Shown here: in pieces, positions 62,340 to 64,000 of the stretch
Numbering within the stretch: the stretch's first letter is position 1
Layout of the letters: each line of letters starts with the position of its first letter
Origin: Amphiscolops sp. MND2022
Lineage: Eukaryota
DNA length: 64,000 nucleotides
Direction of reading: 5' to 3'
Assembly (NCBI GenBank): GCA_964187785.1
Contig: OZ076409.1
Span: forward strand, 49,788,001-49,852,000
The notes under the pieces: model-generated
The model's database searches: none
Told to the model about the DNA's origin: nothing
Seen by the model: the letters and a program-made list of their open reading frames with translations, nothing else
Program-made: the position numbers and the translations under genes

Positions 62340-64000
62340 TACTCTTATCGCAACCTCCAACATGGTCTTCGACCTACAGGTTCTGCGTCCTCGCCTGGCT
62401 CAGTAGCAAATGTACATTTCAGGTCATGACTTCTTCAGCCAGAGACCATAGAATCCGGAGGAGCAGCCAATGAGTGTTCGAATTTTGAAACTGTGTTACA
62501 ATGTTAGCAAGTCATGAGTAAATTGTATAGGAGAAAGACAATTTTTCATGTATTTTTTTGGGTTAAAATCGTTGAGGGTTCGTTGGGAAAAGTTGCCCTT
62601 TTTGTTATTGTCCTTAGATTAGAAGGTCCCAGGGTTGCTGGGGACTGCGTATAGGGTTGCCCCGCCCTTGGGTGCATGATTTGAAGTTAAATTTTTGACC
62701 AAATTGTTGCCCACTTTCTATGCTGGTTTATTGAAAAAACCCTGGGCTTGGTAAGTTTGAAGGAACAACCATTGTATTGGATGACCTTCCATCTTTTATG
62801 ATCGGGTGTACAAGTACTCTGCAATGGTTTGAAGTTGAGTTGAGTTAAATATTCTTGGATACGGGGAGTTGGGTTTTTGACAAACGCCATGTTTTGTAAT
62901 AACAGTCGTGAATTGTTTCTAGTGATAGTTTATAAAAAAGTTCGAAATAACCTTGGTATTTTCCGAGGGCTTCAATAAAACTGAGAGTGACGCTGAACAG
63001 GGCCAAGGCTTCATTACATTTTCTTAGGTACCATTGGATTCTATCGTTGATGGTCGATATTCAGTCGACACTTTTCGTAGAAAACGCCGACTAGAGCAGT
63101 GAATTTTTTTTGGACCAACGAATTGACAGATTTCATAAGCTTTACAAGCTGACTTGCACTAACACTTACTAACTGGCACTCTTCTTCTACTGGCACTTGG
63201 CAAAGAAGGTAATTAAACTCTTTCGAGTCCCGACCTTGACCAAAAGCTTTTTGTGCAGGTTATTTCAGATTTGAGAGTCTTTTTTCGCAGTTTTTATTCT
63301 CTTTTTTCAAAAGAATGGATGTTCGAAAACTCCCAAGTGCCCCCTTTTTACAATTTTTGGCACTATGCGACTTACCGGAGACCAAAACAAATTTCGAAAA
63401 TAATTTTTCTCATGTGGTTACTGTAGAAGAGAATACTTGACATTTTGAAGTCCTTTTGCTATGTTTTAGCCTTAGGTACGGCGCTGACTTGGGCCGTTCC
63501 CGGCTTCTCTCATTTTATATGGGTGGTCGCTTTTGTAGTATATAATAGTCATATTAGGCATTTCCTTGGTATACAGCGATCGTGTTAAAAAACCCATTTG
63601 GTAATGTAGAAGAATGTCGACAAAAATAGCTTCAGAGTCAGAACCTTCATGCGTGAAGGTTAACGTCGGGTTTAGGTATTCGATTTTGGAGAGAAATTTA
63701 ATAGCTTCATCCTCGCTTTTAATGATGGGTATACCATCATCCAGTAAACGTCCATGAGAAAGTGGCTTGGTGTTATCCTGCATGCAGAGGTGTTTTTTTA
63801 TACTGTTTGATATACATATAAATCAGCAATAGATGGAGAGCTACGGAAACCCATATCAAAGCCATGCTTCTATAGCATTAATTTATTGCCGAAAATAGGT
63901 GCGTTGTTGTTGGCATATAACAATTTGATCGCTTCAATTAAGCAGAATAGAGTACTGCCCGTAATAATTTTGCGACTACAGAGTTCTATCTTGATAATAT
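62340..64000 (-). mobile_element. Penelope-like retroelement remnant (RT; possible GIY-YIG), interrupted by a family-A fragment ending at ~63506
   Basis: HGFDMGFRSSPSIADLYV (~63815-63866), then RLLDD...LNPTLTFTHE...FVD...LYTK...YKSDHP, the typical PLE RT C-terminus. A weak IY.MTC*HC remnant lies near 62495-62525. Confidence 0.75.

Overview
AT-rich, repeat-dense eukaryotic (most likely animal) genomic DNA with GT-AG introns; not prokaryotic. Two conserved genes can be rebuilt by hand on the + strand: LIPT2/LipB-type octanoyltransferase (2 exons, 226 aa, 2762-7051) and NME7 (DM10 plus two NDK domains, 8 exons, about 384 aa, 8593-29877). A probable third gene encodes an acidic Ser/Asn-rich protein I do not recognise (55163-58363+). 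Most of the rest is transposon-derived: a complete hAT element with TIRs and an 8-bp TSD in the LIPT2 intron, two families of non-autonomous Helentron/HINE-like elements, a decayed ~12.7-kb Gypsy-type LTR element, a solo LTR, two LINE remnants, a Penelope-like remnant and several MITE-like elements. There are three near-identical tandem duplications (0.83 kb x2, 2.1 kb x4, 2.63 kb x2). Best leads: (1) LTR elements whose gag-like ORF starts hundreds of nt inside the LTR, one with a long antisense extra coding region; (2) a 60-bp-period GATG-N7-GATG motif/hairpin array; (3) a Helentron-like insertion whose empty sites are visible in the same array; (4) an NME7 domain A with a fully canonical NDK active site. 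All alignments were done by eye and no databases were searched.
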